Assembly (NCBI GenBank): GCA_002269645.1
Contig: NIVC01003554.1
Location: 1 to 64,000, forward strand
DNA from: Macrostomum lignano
Taxonomy: Eukaryota
Direction: 5' to 3'
DNA: 64,000 nucleotides
Part shown: positions 47,201-59,100 of the stretch, piece by piece
Numbering within the stretch: the stretch's first letter is position 1
How the letters are laid out: the number at the start of each line of letters is the position of its first letter
The notes under the pieces: model-generated
Told to the model about the DNA's origin: nothing
What the model saw: only the letters and a program-made list of their open reading frames with translations
Database searches by the model: none
Program-made: the position numbers and the translations under genes

Positions 47201-50200
47201 CAGTCTGCATGGGCAGGACGCCGCATCTCCCTTTTTGTAAAAACTAAAGCCTCGATCTGTGATATGATTTAACGCGAGCCAAACCCAGGAGATCGCTTTT
47301 AAAGCAGAAATCTGGAGTAAAACTTCGTCCACTTGACGCGCTTTTATGCAAACAATCATAGCTTGAACTTGAAATTGCACATTTGATGGTAGATCAGACA
47401 TAACCTATACGGGCAAAATTAATTCCTGGTTAAGTGTATCGCATCAAAAGGTGTAACCTAATTACCGTTCTAGCCAAGACTCAGGTCCATTAGCGCGATT
47501 GCTAGGAAATCAGCGGCTTATTGAATGACCAAATTTTTGTTTACCCGGTTCTCCTTGGCAAAGCGCGAATTATCACCCCCCACCCAGCTTGTAACCAAAG
47601 GCCATAAAAAACTATCCAATTAATTATCCAGGCACGCCGGTGAATCGCATACCGATAATGGCTAAACAGGTGTTAGATCTGTACGAACTGTTCCGCCTAG
47701 TGGTAACTAAGGGCGGCTTGGTCGAGGTTATCAACAAGAAACTGTGGCGGGAGATCACTAAGGGGCTTAACTTGCCGTCTTCAATTACTAGCGCTGCTTT
47801 TACGCTGCGAACACAGTGAGTTCTGATTGATTGGTTGCGCCACTTGTCAATATTACTTACTACTATTAATACTACTATTCCGTATATGGTTGTAAGTAGT
47901 GCCTTGTAATTATGAAACGATTTCAGGAGTAAAAATGTTTACGATTCAGAAACTAGATTTTAACTGCCAGATACTGTAGGTCACTGTAACCTGTCAGTGT
48001 AGACACGATTTAAGGCTTTCAGTCGGTCGCTTTCACAAGCTCAACATTTCACATCGTTGCTTTCAATAGAGCCTGTGAAGTTTCGAGCTTGTGAATTATC
48101 AAGGTTGTGAAAGATTCCAACGCCTTTCAACCATGTGAAATTTTGAGCTTTTCAATGCCTCCTTTCAGCATCGGTTCAACTATCTATTGAAGAATAAAGT
48201 AATGTCATTAAAAAGAGGTTTAATAAAGTAGGTTTGAAAACAAGGTTTTAGAACATTCGAGTACTCCATTCCGCAACAACAAAAAAACTAAAACCAACCA
48301 ACAATCAAAGGTACATGAAGTACCTCTACCCGTACGAGTGCGACAAGCTCAAGCTGAGCTCGCCGGGCGAACTGCAAGCCGCCATCGATGGAAATCGTCG
48401 CGAAGGTCGCCGACCTGGCTATCCCGGATTTGACTGCCCGTCCAGTGCCGCTGCCGCTGCTGCAGCAGCTGCGGCCGCGGCAGCCATGGGTCGGCTGCCC
48501 CCGCTGCTCGGATACCATCAGGGTCCACTGCTGGGACTGGGGAAATCTATCAGCGGTGAGTTAGATTGGCCTGGGGAGAGTTCTTGAAGTTTCAAAACCA
48601 GAACTAATGCGCAAAGTACCTGGGTGCGAGATGCCTTGTGATTTTTAATTAGCGCCTACGAGAGCACTACTACTAATCTTTATGAATCTACAAATCAGTG
48701 GCACAATCGTTACTTTACACTGCAGTCATTTTTCAGTCGTTTTATAGTTGTTGGGGTTGTTAAAAAGTCGCGCGAGTCGCTAGAGAATCGCTTGAGTTTC
48801 AATGGAGACATTTATAACGACTTATTAATGCCGCCTGCCAAGCGTCTGTGGTAGCTTAAAAGTGTCTGCGGTAGCTTAGGAGTGTCTGCGGTAGCTTAGG
48901 AGTGTCTGCGGTAGCTTAGGAGTGTCTGCGGTAGCTTAGGAGTGTCTGCGGTAGCTTAGGAGTGTCTGTGGTAGCTTAGGAGTGTCTGCGGTAGCTTAGG
49001 AGTGTCTGTGGTAGCCTAGGAGTGTCTGTGGTAGCCTAGGAGTGTCTGTGGTAGCTTAGGAGTGTCTGTGGTAGCTTAGGAGTGTCTGCGGTAGCTTAGG
49101 AGTGTCTGTGGTAGCTTAGTAGTGTCTGTGGTAGCTTAGGAGTGTCTGTGGTAGCTTAGGAGTGTCTGTGGTAGCTTAGTAGTGTCTGTGGTAGCTTGGG
49201 AGTGTCCGTGGTAGCTTAGGAGTGTCTGCGGTAGCTTAGGAGCGTCGCAACGTCGGGCATGCATGTGGAAGAGAAAGTCAGAGTCAGTATCCCCAGTAGG
49301 AGTGCATCTCGTACATGTGTACTACGTATCCATGTGTGTTTGAGTGCTTAAGGGTCCTCACCGGCTGCGGTTTCACTAACGCCTTGATTAGCGGCAGTAC
49401 CCAAATGAACAGGCACACGGATACGTACGCAGACATGAACTCTCACATGGTCTACAGTGGCTCTGATTTTTTTCATCGCATAGGCGTAAATTGCGTGAAA
49501 AGCCTTAGGTAAGTTTTCGTGCACGAGGCCCAGATTAATTCGAATCAAATCCAGAGATCGCATTATCATGTTGATGCAGACTCAAGCTGGTACACACTAA
49601 AAACACCCTGCTCATACAGACTGCGACTTCCCGAATCTGCCGACTCCACCGTTGATGCACCAGGCTGGGCACCATTTTCCACATCATCACCCGTTGTTGC
49701 ATCATCACCCGATGCACCAGTCACAGTCTATGCCGCCGCTGCCGCCGCCGTTACCGCCGCCGCTGCCGCCACTACGCCAGCCGTCGCAGCCTCCGCACCA
49801 GCAGCCAATGACTCCGCCATCAGTCGGGCCAGCTGCGTGCAGCAGCTCAAAAGACGCGGTCGAGACAGCATTGTCACAATCTTTAAAGCGCCGACATCAC
49901 AGTCAGCAGCAGGAGCAGCAAGAGTCAACAGAGCCAGTTGCTGCCAATAAGCGATTAGCCAATGGATTAAGCTCTGGACAGAATCAAAAACAGCAACAAC
50001 ACGGAACTGCTGGAAATGACACGGGAACTAATAACAATGGCAGTAGCAGCAACAGCGGCCGATCGCAGAGTCAAGCCAGACGGTTGCTAAGCAACGGCAG
50101 TCCAGGATTCACACTGCCGCCACCGCCAGCATTTTCTACGCTGCATCAGCAGCAGCAGCCTCAGCTGCCCCCACCTTTGATGGGCCAATCGGCTCAAAGT

Positions 50201-50980
50201 GCAGCGACTGGAATTAAAATCGCTGGCCATCATGGAGTTGGAGCAGGTAAAAATATGCTTATATTTTTGCTTCAGTTTTCGGAGGACGACTTTCTCATGT
50301 CTTTACTTGAAGTTCCTTTTCTGTTTGGAGCCGCACTGACACACACATTAGAGCTGCACTGACACACACATTAGAGCTGCACTGACACACACATTAGAGC
50401 TGCACTGACACACACATTAGAGCTGCACTGACACACACATTAGAGCTGCACTGACACACACATTAGAGCTGCACTGACACACACATTAGAGCTGCACTGA
50501 CACACACATTAGAGCTGCACTGAAACACACATTAGAGCTGCATTGACACAGATCAGAGCCGCACTGACACAGATTAGAGCCGCACTGACACACAGATCAG
50601 AGCCGCACTGAAACACAGATCAGAGCCGCACTGACACAAATTAGAGCCGCACTGACACAAATTAGAGCCGCACTGACACACAGATTACAGCCTCACTGAC
50701 ACAAAAATTTGAGCCGCACTGGCAATCTTCAAATTCACCCTTCATCCTTCAGCACCCAGGGACTACTCAAACATGTTTGACAACATGTTTGAGTAGTCCC
50801 TGTCAGCACCCATCAAATTTTCGCCTCACATTTGTCGTACAAAGTCACCATAAAAAACGCTTTTTTAATAATATCTAAATTGCAGGCCGCCCGCCGCAGG
50901 ACGCCCCAGTGACAGTCTCAATGGAGCTGAATGGCTTAGCCTATCACGGTGTCCTATTCGCTCAACCAAGACATCACTGA
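33935..50980 (+). CDS. ARID3: ARID3 / dead ringer (retained) family AT-rich DNA-binding transcription factor; exons 33935-34762, 45172-45244, 47632-47815, 48311-48555, 49620-50246, 50886-50980
   Basis: Spliced eARID: QWTFEEQFKQ|LYELSDEPKRKQFLDDLFAFMQRRG|TPVNRIPIMAKQVLDLYELF..GGLVEVINKKLWREITKGLNLPSSITSAAFTLRTQ|YMKYLYPYEC..ELQAAIDGNRREGRR, near-identical to ARID3A/Dri as recalled. C-terminal REKLES-beta VSMELNGLAYHGVLFAQ. Phases consistent. Confidence 0.96.
34870..35010. repeat. 40-bp tandem repeat, about 3 copies
   Basis: cctcgaaatgtcgcatcctcaaggtgtcacaactgttaca repeated. Confidence 0.85.
35700..36515. repeat. 34-bp minisatellite with 101-bp trimeric higher-order repeat
   Basis: Unit gaaaatgagggtgtttgggccacagagtttcact; variants recur every 101 bp. 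Confidence 0.93.
37100..37935. repeat. ~23-25-bp GGCGCC/poly-C minisatellite (ccaattcctggttttggcgccccc)
   Basis: Tandem units with variable C-run; source of the Pro/Gly-rich ORFs. Confidence 0.95.
38720..38910 (+). repeat. GA-rich tract plus conserved motif (copy 3)
   Basis: ttgctattgtgaagtttcaaatgacccctgcgagggcc..gaggcttc after a GA-rich stretch. Confidence 0.55.
39180..40400. repeat. 21-bp GGCGCC-core minisatellite (ttggcgcctctttcactcatc)
   Basis: About 55 units; source of the APLSLIL ORFs. Confidence 0.96.
41010..41130. repeat. GA-rich degenerate repeat
   Basis: gaggggagagggagagggagacgga units. Confidence 0.8.
42106..43027. mobile_element. Non-autonomous hAT-type element (922 bp) carrying a 21-bp minisatellite
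   Basis: Termini CAGGAGC...GCCCCTG. Perfect 8-bp TSD TCTGCAGA (42098-42105 and 43028-43035). Interior 42150-42910 is about 36 copies of ggcactcattttggcgccgca. Confidence 0.85.
43795..44715. repeat. 14-15-bp minisatellite (gagaatcacacctt)
   Basis: Tandem degenerate units. Confidence 0.93.
45335..46085. repeat. 21-bp minisatellite (tttcctctgatctatctacct)
   Basis: Tandem units in ARID3 intron 2. Confidence 0.95.
48855..49245. repeat. 20-bp minisatellite (ggagtgtctgcggtagctta)
   Basis: About 19 units. Confidence 0.95.
50330..50720. repeat. ~24-bp minisatellite (agagctgcactgacacacacatt)
   Basis: About 16 units. Confidence 0.93.
50757..50802. mobile_element. 46-bp palindromic hAT-type micro-element
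   Basis: Perfect 21-bp inverted repeats CAGGGACTACTCAAACATGTT with a 4-nt loop, and 8-bp TSD TCAGCACC (50749-50756, 50803-50810). Confidence 0.88.
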
Positions 50981-51864
50981 ACCATCTTCACTGTATAATC
51001 TCTGCTTTTTCACTATCTTCTCTTTTTTTAATCCAGCATAGTGACTCGTGCCATTCTGCAATATTGTTCACAGCTATTAATAGTGAATGAAGACTTTTGT
51101 TTTGCTCTCCCTTCAATTTCGTACAGACTACTGACTGACTAAAGGTTATCAAGTAGGAACGTTTTTAACCGATTGTTGACGATTTTTTGTGATTTTCTGC
51201 TATTATTTAGCATACTGCTATTTGGCTAGGCACAAAATACCTGTACTTCATATTTATCTGCACTAAGCAGAATGTTTTATCCAACGCTTTTTGCTTCAAA
51301 ACCCCTTGTAAGAAAACTACCTAGGAAAATCCCGACTATTTAAAGCGATTTTTTAGTGTCTGTTAATTGTAAATTAATAAATTCGAACCTTTAGACGGCC
51401 CAGTTTGCATGTACAGTTTTTATCGTCAATTATTTATGATTCTATCCCTTCTGCACTGATATTTACCTATCCATATAACACATATGCAACGCAAACAATA
51501 AGCGTAGCCTTCACTGCCTTATATTAAAACTGAAATATCACTCAAAACTTTACAGAAATTTCAAATAAACAAAATTAAAAACTCACATAATAATAAGAAC
51601 CCTTTGCTTAACAATCTATTATCTTTAAGTAGCAACGGTATTGTTTCTCTTAAATTGGCATTTTACAATGCATCCATGCGAGTGTTTCAGCTTGAAGTTT
51701 ACTCTAACAGTCTTCCAAGCTAGCGTGGAATTGTCTAGTTCTAGGCCGGTTGCTATTGACAACGACTATGAATTTTAGATGAGTAGGATAGAAGGATAGA
51801 AGCTTAGACCGTATAGGATGACCCAAGGAGATCCGGAGCCAGAATCTGGATTTTTAGGAATGAT

Positions 51865-52172
51865 GATAATTAATTACACCTACCCTAATAGGTGAGATGT
51901 GCAACCGACAGCTCAGCCGCTGCTATTGCGCAGCGCATCTGAAGGCTGCGTACGGCTGTTCAGTCGAAGAACTGGAGGGGGGGTCGCCACACACCCTCAA
52001 TCACCCCAGCTAATGCTGGCACCCATTTTACAGCTGGGTAAACTGAAGCAATGCAGAGTTAAGTGTCTTTGCTCAATGACACAAATTATTCCGAGTGGGT
52101 CGGGAATCGAACCCCTGGTCTTCCAGTCGTGAGACCGTCGGCGTCGCTGTAACCGCTAGGCTGCAACCCCCT
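51865..52172 (-). mobile_element. tRNA-derived SINE with CORE-like segment (copy 2)
   Basis: Reverse complement carries B-box GGTTCGATTCC and agacacttaactctgcattgcttcagtttacccagctgtaaaatgggtgcc; matches copy 3. Confidence 0.85.
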
Positions 52173-52574
52173 TCAGATAACTATAGGCCAGAACGTTAGG
52201 TCTGATGGATTTTTATAAATATGGTTCTATTTTTAAGTTCAACCTATAAACTATAAGCGAGGACTGACGGAAGTTTTGTAAGCAGCAGATTTCCCCTTCT
52301 TTCTTTTGAAGTAGAAATTCTGCCCATTCCGCTCTGACACCTGAGCACATGCAAGCGCGCCAATACCGTACTCAGGCACTCACTCATGCACACGCTCACA
52401 CAGGGTGTACAAGCGGCCCTGACTTTCTAATCTTCAGGCGTGCGCGCTTAATTATGTGTTTTGGGGGGGGGGAATTGCTGGGATGCTTAGGGTCAATTTG
52501 AAGTGGTTGGTAGGCCAAGCATCAAAGGAAGAGTTGGAGCTGAGCCATGGCATAAAGGGAAACTCTGATGCCAA

Positions 52575-52863
52575 GATTCACAGGGCTACAAGGGGGCTGT
52601 GGTTAGAGCGTCGGACTCACGACTTGAAGGTTGGGGGTTCGATTCCCGATCCCACTGGAATAATTAGTGTCCTTGAGCAAGACACTTAACTCTGCATTGC
52701 TTCAGTTCACCCAGCTGTAAAATGGGTGCCAGCATTAGCTGGGGTAATTGAGGGTGTGTGGCGACCCCCCAGTCCTTGGATTGAACAGCCCGCCGTACGT
52801 AGCCTTCAGGTGCGCCGCGCCATAGTCCATTTAGAGCAGGTGTAATCTATCATTATTATTATC
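52575..52863 (+). mobile_element. tRNA-derived SINE with CORE-like segment (copy 3)
   Basis: A-box-like tggttagagc, B-box GGTTCGATTCC, gtccttgagcaagacacttaac..ctgtaaaatgg (resembles the MIR/CORE consensus), (TTA)n tail. Confidence 0.87.
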
Positions 52864-53141
52864 ACAGGAGATGCTGATATCTTAGACTAGATAACTGACT
52901 TTCAGGGCTTGATGCTTCTTGGTTTTAAATATAGATCATTGAGCTTTGTTGAAGAGTTGTTACTCCAGCTCCTGCCTTCTAAGTCTCCTTGCACAATCTC
53001 CTACATCATTAATGATTAATTAAGGAGTAGAACTGATCAGGCACAAGAAGATTTCTTTTTAAGTCTCCATTCCGCTCTGCATAAAATAAACAGCGCAACT
53101 CCCAATACGAGAAAGCAGCTTCTAGTCTACACGCAGACAAA

Positions 53142-56100
53142 ATGGACGTTGAGCTTGGACATCGTCCAACAATATTCGAGCCGGGCACTTATCCTCGGCA
53201 CTACTTCAAGCCCAGTCGGCTATCCGACTATGTTCGAGACGAGCCAGTGCTCTATTCGCACCAGGTGTTCTTGCACGCCTCCAGACTAATGAGAGCCATG
53301 GCTGGCGGTGGCGGCGCTGGAGGTGGCGGCGCCGGTTCGAGACCGGTTTCTACTAATCCGCTGGCGGCGCCGCAGAACACGATGGTCCGAGGGGCGAGCG
53401 GGACCAGCCCCTATCCTGGCAACGTGCCAGATCCCTACAGCCGACATGCGCACAGCCAGCGAGACAAAATAATGGCCGGCGCAATGGACCAAATTCAGTT
53501 TGAGGATAAACGAGAGAAAAAGCTCACTTATACTCTGGCCCTGGAGACTATAAAATGTGAGAAACGTTGATAACTATTAAAGAGCCGATATGTATCGAAA
53601 TACATCCTACTGAGACGTAGAGAAAAAAATTCTGTTAAAGCCGATATGTATTGAAGATGGTCAAACTTCAGAGACAAATATGTATCGAAATACATTTAGG
53701 GAGCCGAAATGTTTCAAAGTTAGTTAAAATTAGGAGCCGATATGTTTCGAAAGTACTTAAAATTCAATAGCCAATATACATAAAAATTACTGAAAGTTTA
53801 AGGGCCGATATGTATCGAAATTACTCTAATTTAGGGAGCCGATATGTTTCGAAAATACTTAAAATTAAATAGCCAAAATACATTCAAATTATTAAAAGTT
53901 TAGGGGCCGATATGTATCGAAATTATCGTAAAATGTATCGAAACATTAAAAATTAGGGCCCATATACATAGAGTGTAGCTTTTATTAGAATTTCGACAGA
54001 ATCCACGGAAACGCTGATAAAAGAGGATATCTATTGAAAATATATGTAGAGTTCAGATGAAAAAAATTTAAATTTTATTACAATCCATGCAACAAATTTA
54101 TATATAGAATCAGAAAGAAAAACTTATAGAAGCCGATATGTATCGAAACAAATGTAACGCCGGATGTTAAAAAATCTATTCCAATTACAGTGAGTTCAGT
54201 GCTAGACAAACTGTTGGACTCGGTCACATTCTTTGTCAACTTTCCAGAGGTATGTCTGTATAAAATAGTCTGATTTTGCTTACCTAATTAATACCTAACG
54301 AATGCAGACACTTCAGGGACGGATTTGAAGGCGTCCAGTATTTTCGTCAGTTTTTTAAAAGCAGAAGATTTTAATAAGTAAAATTATTTTTAAGGGAATA
54401 TTAAATGCAGCGTATAAAAATCAATTAATTCACTAGTGCAAAAACAAATTTATATGTTCAACCTAGAATATACTTATAATTTTGGTTACTTGTTACTAAC
54501 AGTAAAACTGATATGCGATTTGCTATTAAAAAACGACATGAAGTTACACGGAATGTATAAATTAACAAAATGGGATAACTAAAAGTTTAATTGTCTAGAA
54601 TTGGTTTTCAGTGTGACAATCTTGGAGTGATTCTCGTGTGTGACAATCTTGGAGTGATTCTTTGGTTACAATCTTGGAGTGATTCTCAAGTTGACGATCA
54701 TGGTCTGATTCTTAGTGTGACAATCTTGGAGTGATTCTCAAGTTGACGATCATGGTCTGATTCTTAGTGTGACAATCTTGGAGTGATTCTCAGTCTGACA
54801 ATCTTGGAGTGATTCTCAAGTTGACGATCATGGTCTGATTCTTAGTGTGACAATCTTGGAGTGATTCTCAAGTTGACGATCATGGTCTGATTCTTAGTGT
54901 GACAATCTTGGAGTGATTCTCAGTCTGACAATCTTGGAGTGATTCTCAAGTTGACGATCATGGTCTGATTCTTAGTGTGACAATCTTGGAGTGATTCTCA
55001 AGTTGACGATCATGGTCTGATTCTTAGTGTGACAATCTTGGAGTGATTCTCAGTCTGACAATCTTGGAGTGATTCTCAAGTTGACGATCATGGTCTGATT
55101 CTTAGTGTGACAATCTTGGAGTGATTCTCAAGTTGACGATCATGGTCTGATTCTTAGTGTGACAATCTTGGAGTGATTCTCAGTCTGACAATCTTGGAGT
55201 GATTCTCAAGTTGACGATCATGGTCTGATTCTTAGTGTGACAATCTTGGAGTGATTCTCAAGTTGACGATCATGGTCTGATTCTTAGTGTGACAATCTTG
55301 GAGTGATTCTCAGTCTGACAATCTTGGAGTGATTCTCAAGTTGACGATCATGGTCTGATTCTTAGTGTTACAATCTTGGAGTGATTCTCAAGTTGACGAT
55401 CATGGTCTGATTCTTAGTGTGACAATCTTGGAGTGATTCTCAAGTTGACGATCATGGTCTGATTCTTAGTGTGACAATCTTGGAGTGATTCTCAGTCTGA
55501 CAATCTTGGAGTGATTCTCAAGTTGACGATCATGGTCTGATTCTTAGTGTGACAATCTTGGAGTGATTCTCAAGTTGACGATCATGGTCTGATTCTTAGT
55601 GTGACAATCTTGGAGTGATTCTCAGTCTGACAATCTTGGAGTGATTCTTATGTATTGAGAATGTCGGAGTGATTCTCAGTGTGACAATCTTGGAGTGATT
55701 CTCAAGTTGACGATCATGGTCTGATTCTTAGTGTGACAATCTTGGAGTGATTCTTATGTGTGACAATGTCGGAGTGATTCTCAGTGTGATAATGTTGGAG
55801 CAATTACTAGATTCACAGCTGTCATAAAACTGTCAATCATAACCTAGACGCCCTTGCCTGCCCGCAGCTGGCAGCCGACAAGGAACTTGTGCACATCATC
55901 GCTTGCGATTTCATATCTCGCAAATTTCAAAAGCGCAAGCCCCTACCAGGAGAAGAGCTGGACCAGCGCTGCCAAGAGATCGAACGCAGCCTGCAGGAGA
56001 TTATGATTAAATTGCAAGCGGCATTGGCTAAGATTCGAATCAAGCTAGGAGTGAGCAGCATCAGTCAAATGTTATCAACCGAGTGCAACAGAACCGAACA

Positions 56101-59100
56101 GATGGCCTCGAAGATACCCGTGTACGCCTGGGTCAACCAGCTCAAGATGCAGCAATTCGAAGTGCTGGATAAGTTGCAGCGCCAAGGACTGCAGTTTGTG
56201 CGCAAAAATAAGAATTTGGAGATGAAAGAATTTGGACTGTGCCGACAGTGCCCAGATCTGATTATCTTTGCCTCCGGTTTGAGAGAAATGGTCGAGAGGA
56301 TGCAACTGGTGGCAGATAATGTGCTCATTGTTCAGGTGCTTTAAATAGCTAAATAAAAACTGTTTTTTGGTTAGCAGACTTGATGGAAAGGGTAGCAGTG
56401 GAGGAATAGTGGTTAAGGTAGCAATGGCTGAATGAGGGTTGGGGTAGGAGTAGGGGAATGGGGGTTGGGTTAGCAATGGAGGAATGAGGGTTGGGGTAGG
56501 AGTAGGGGAATGGGGGTTGGGTTAGCAATGGAGGAATGAGGGTTGGGGTAGCAGTGGAGGAACAGGGGTTAAGGTAGCAGTGGGGGAATGGGGGTTGGGG
56601 TAGCAGTGGGGGATGGGGGTTGAGGTAGCAATGGCTGAATGAGGGTTGGGGTAGGAGTAGGGGAATGGGGGTTGGGTTAGCAATGGAGGAATGAGGGTTG
56701 GGGTAGGAGTAGGGGAATGGGGGTTGGGTTAGCAATGGAGGAATGAGGGTTGGGGTAGCAGTGGAGGAATATTGGTTAAGGTAGCAGTGGAGGAATGAGG
56801 GTTGGGGTAGCAGTGGAGGAATGGCGGTTGGGACAGCAGTGGAGGAATGGGGGTTGGAGTAGGAGTAGGGGAATGGGGGTTGGGGTAGCAGTGGGAGGAT
56901 GGATGAGGTGGTAGTGAAAGATAGGAGCAAAGTTGGTAGAGAAAAAGTATATATTACGTAAATATAACATAACAAGAAAAAATTGCCTCCTAACAAATCT
57001 CCCTAAAAGGACAAGACAACAAGCTTAGCAGTTCACAGTCTCGTGAAAAATGTATTCGATGACGAAGAAGTACTGATCGTGAATCCTAGCTCTGTGTGGA
57101 CAGCAATTCACGTTGAGAATCTGTTGAAGATGCGCAACTACAAGTCTCCAGTAGTCAAGGTGTTTAAAAAATGCACGCCAGATCAACTAGAAGAGGTTCA
57201 GCAGGCGCTCTTAAGCTCGGGATCCGACAGTGAGTAATTCCACAGCATTAACCATGGTTTTTTAATTCATCAGCCCTACAATCCTTAAATCATCAACACC
57301 ACAATCCCTGAATCGTCAACTCTACAATCCCTAAATCATCAACCCTAAAATCCTAGATCATCAATCCTACAATCCTTAAATCATCAACCCCACAATCCCT
57401 GAATCGTCAACTCTACAATCCCTAAATCATCAACCCTAAAATCCTAGATCATCAATCCTACAATCCTTAAATCATCAACCCCACAATCCCTGAATCGTCA
57501 ACTCTACAATCCCTAAATCATCAACCCTAAAATCCTAGATCATCAACCCTACAGTCCTTAAATCATCAACCCTAAAATCCTAGATCATCAGCCCTACAAT
57601 CCTTAAATCATCAACCCCACAATCCCTGAATCGTCAACTCTACAATCCTTAAATCATCAACCCTAAAATCCTAGATCATCAATCCTACAATCCTTAAATC
57701 ATCAACCCTACAATCCTAGATCATCAATCCTACAATCCTTAAATCATCAACCCCACAATCCCTGAATCGTCAACTCTACAATCCCTAAATCATCAACCCT
57801 AAAATCCTAGATCATCAATCCTACAATCCTTAAATCATCAACCCTACAATCCCTAAATCATCAACCCTAAAATCCTAGATCATCAATCCTACAATCCTTA
57901 AATCATCAACCCCACAATCCCTGAATCGTCAACTCTACAATCCCTAAATCATCAACTCTACAATCCCTAAATCATCAACCCTAAAATCCTAGATCATCAA
58001 TCCTACAATCCTTAAATCATCAACCCTACAATCCTTAAATCATCAGCCCACAATCAAAGTAAATCATCAACCCTACAAGCTCTAAATCATCAATCTTGCA
58101 ATCCCTAAATCATCAGCAATACAATCTCTAAATCATGAACACCATAGAGTCCGAAATCACTCAAGGCTCATTAGATATACACAGCCATCAAATCAGGCCA
58201 GTTTTTAGATATCTGGCCTGATATGCCCAATAAAATTTATTTTATAACAGCCATTTGATTCTATAGATCAACTGATGGCAGTGAACGAGCCGTTAAATAA
58301 AACTGAAGTACTATTTGAATCGACACCTGATTACCAAAACAGTATTTACCTGCTTTACTGCTTTATTCATTCCATCTCCCAGGAATTCAATTCTACAACG
58401 AGAACATCACAAGCATCCCAATCATGGAGGACAAACTCAAGCACGTTCGTCACGCCCTGGTCGAGGCCAAGTGCTCCAGATCCGGGATCATTAATCCCAT
58501 AGACTACCTGGTGAACGAAGGCGGCGATATCGAACTAATACTCGACTACACCAAACGACTGTTGCAAGACAGCAAACCGACAAACTATTTGCAATTAAAA
58601 TTTCAAACTTTGCAAACGCTTAAGCACGTGCTTGGATGTGAGTTGGCTTTTATTGAATGTGCTGGTAAACATAGGTGCAAGAGAAAACATGTGGCAAGGT
58701 AGGAAGGACACCAAAGTTTGATAAAGGAGATTGAAGTTTGGTATTAGGGATTCTAACGCTGGATCCCGGGATCTCGAAACTCCGAAATCCGGTACAATCC
58801 CAGGACTGGAACACCCAGGTGAGATGGGAAACCGAAGAGTGACGTGAGTTAAAAGATCGACAGATAAGATCGGAAACAGAAAAGTGAGATACAATTCAAT
58901 ACGAACTTAGATGATGCTATGGTGTCTTCAAAATTTACGTTGCACTAAAGCGAAATGCTTAGAGGCCTAAAGAGATTTTGATTTGTGATTCTTAAACCAC
59001 GCAGCTGGTAGACTCCGATCGGCAGTGTACCTAACCAGATCGATCTACGACGAAGAAAACGAACACATCGTAGACATCGCTCTGGACGCCATGAATCGAC

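Noticed and set aside
52575-52655. tRNA gene
   Set aside because: A/B boxes are present but acceptor and anticodon stems pair poorly, and the sequence continues into a SINE body found in three copies.
53580-54150. CRISPR-like array of palindromic repeats with spacers
   Set aside because: Eukaryotic intron; repeats are degenerate, spacers resemble each other, and there are no cas genes.
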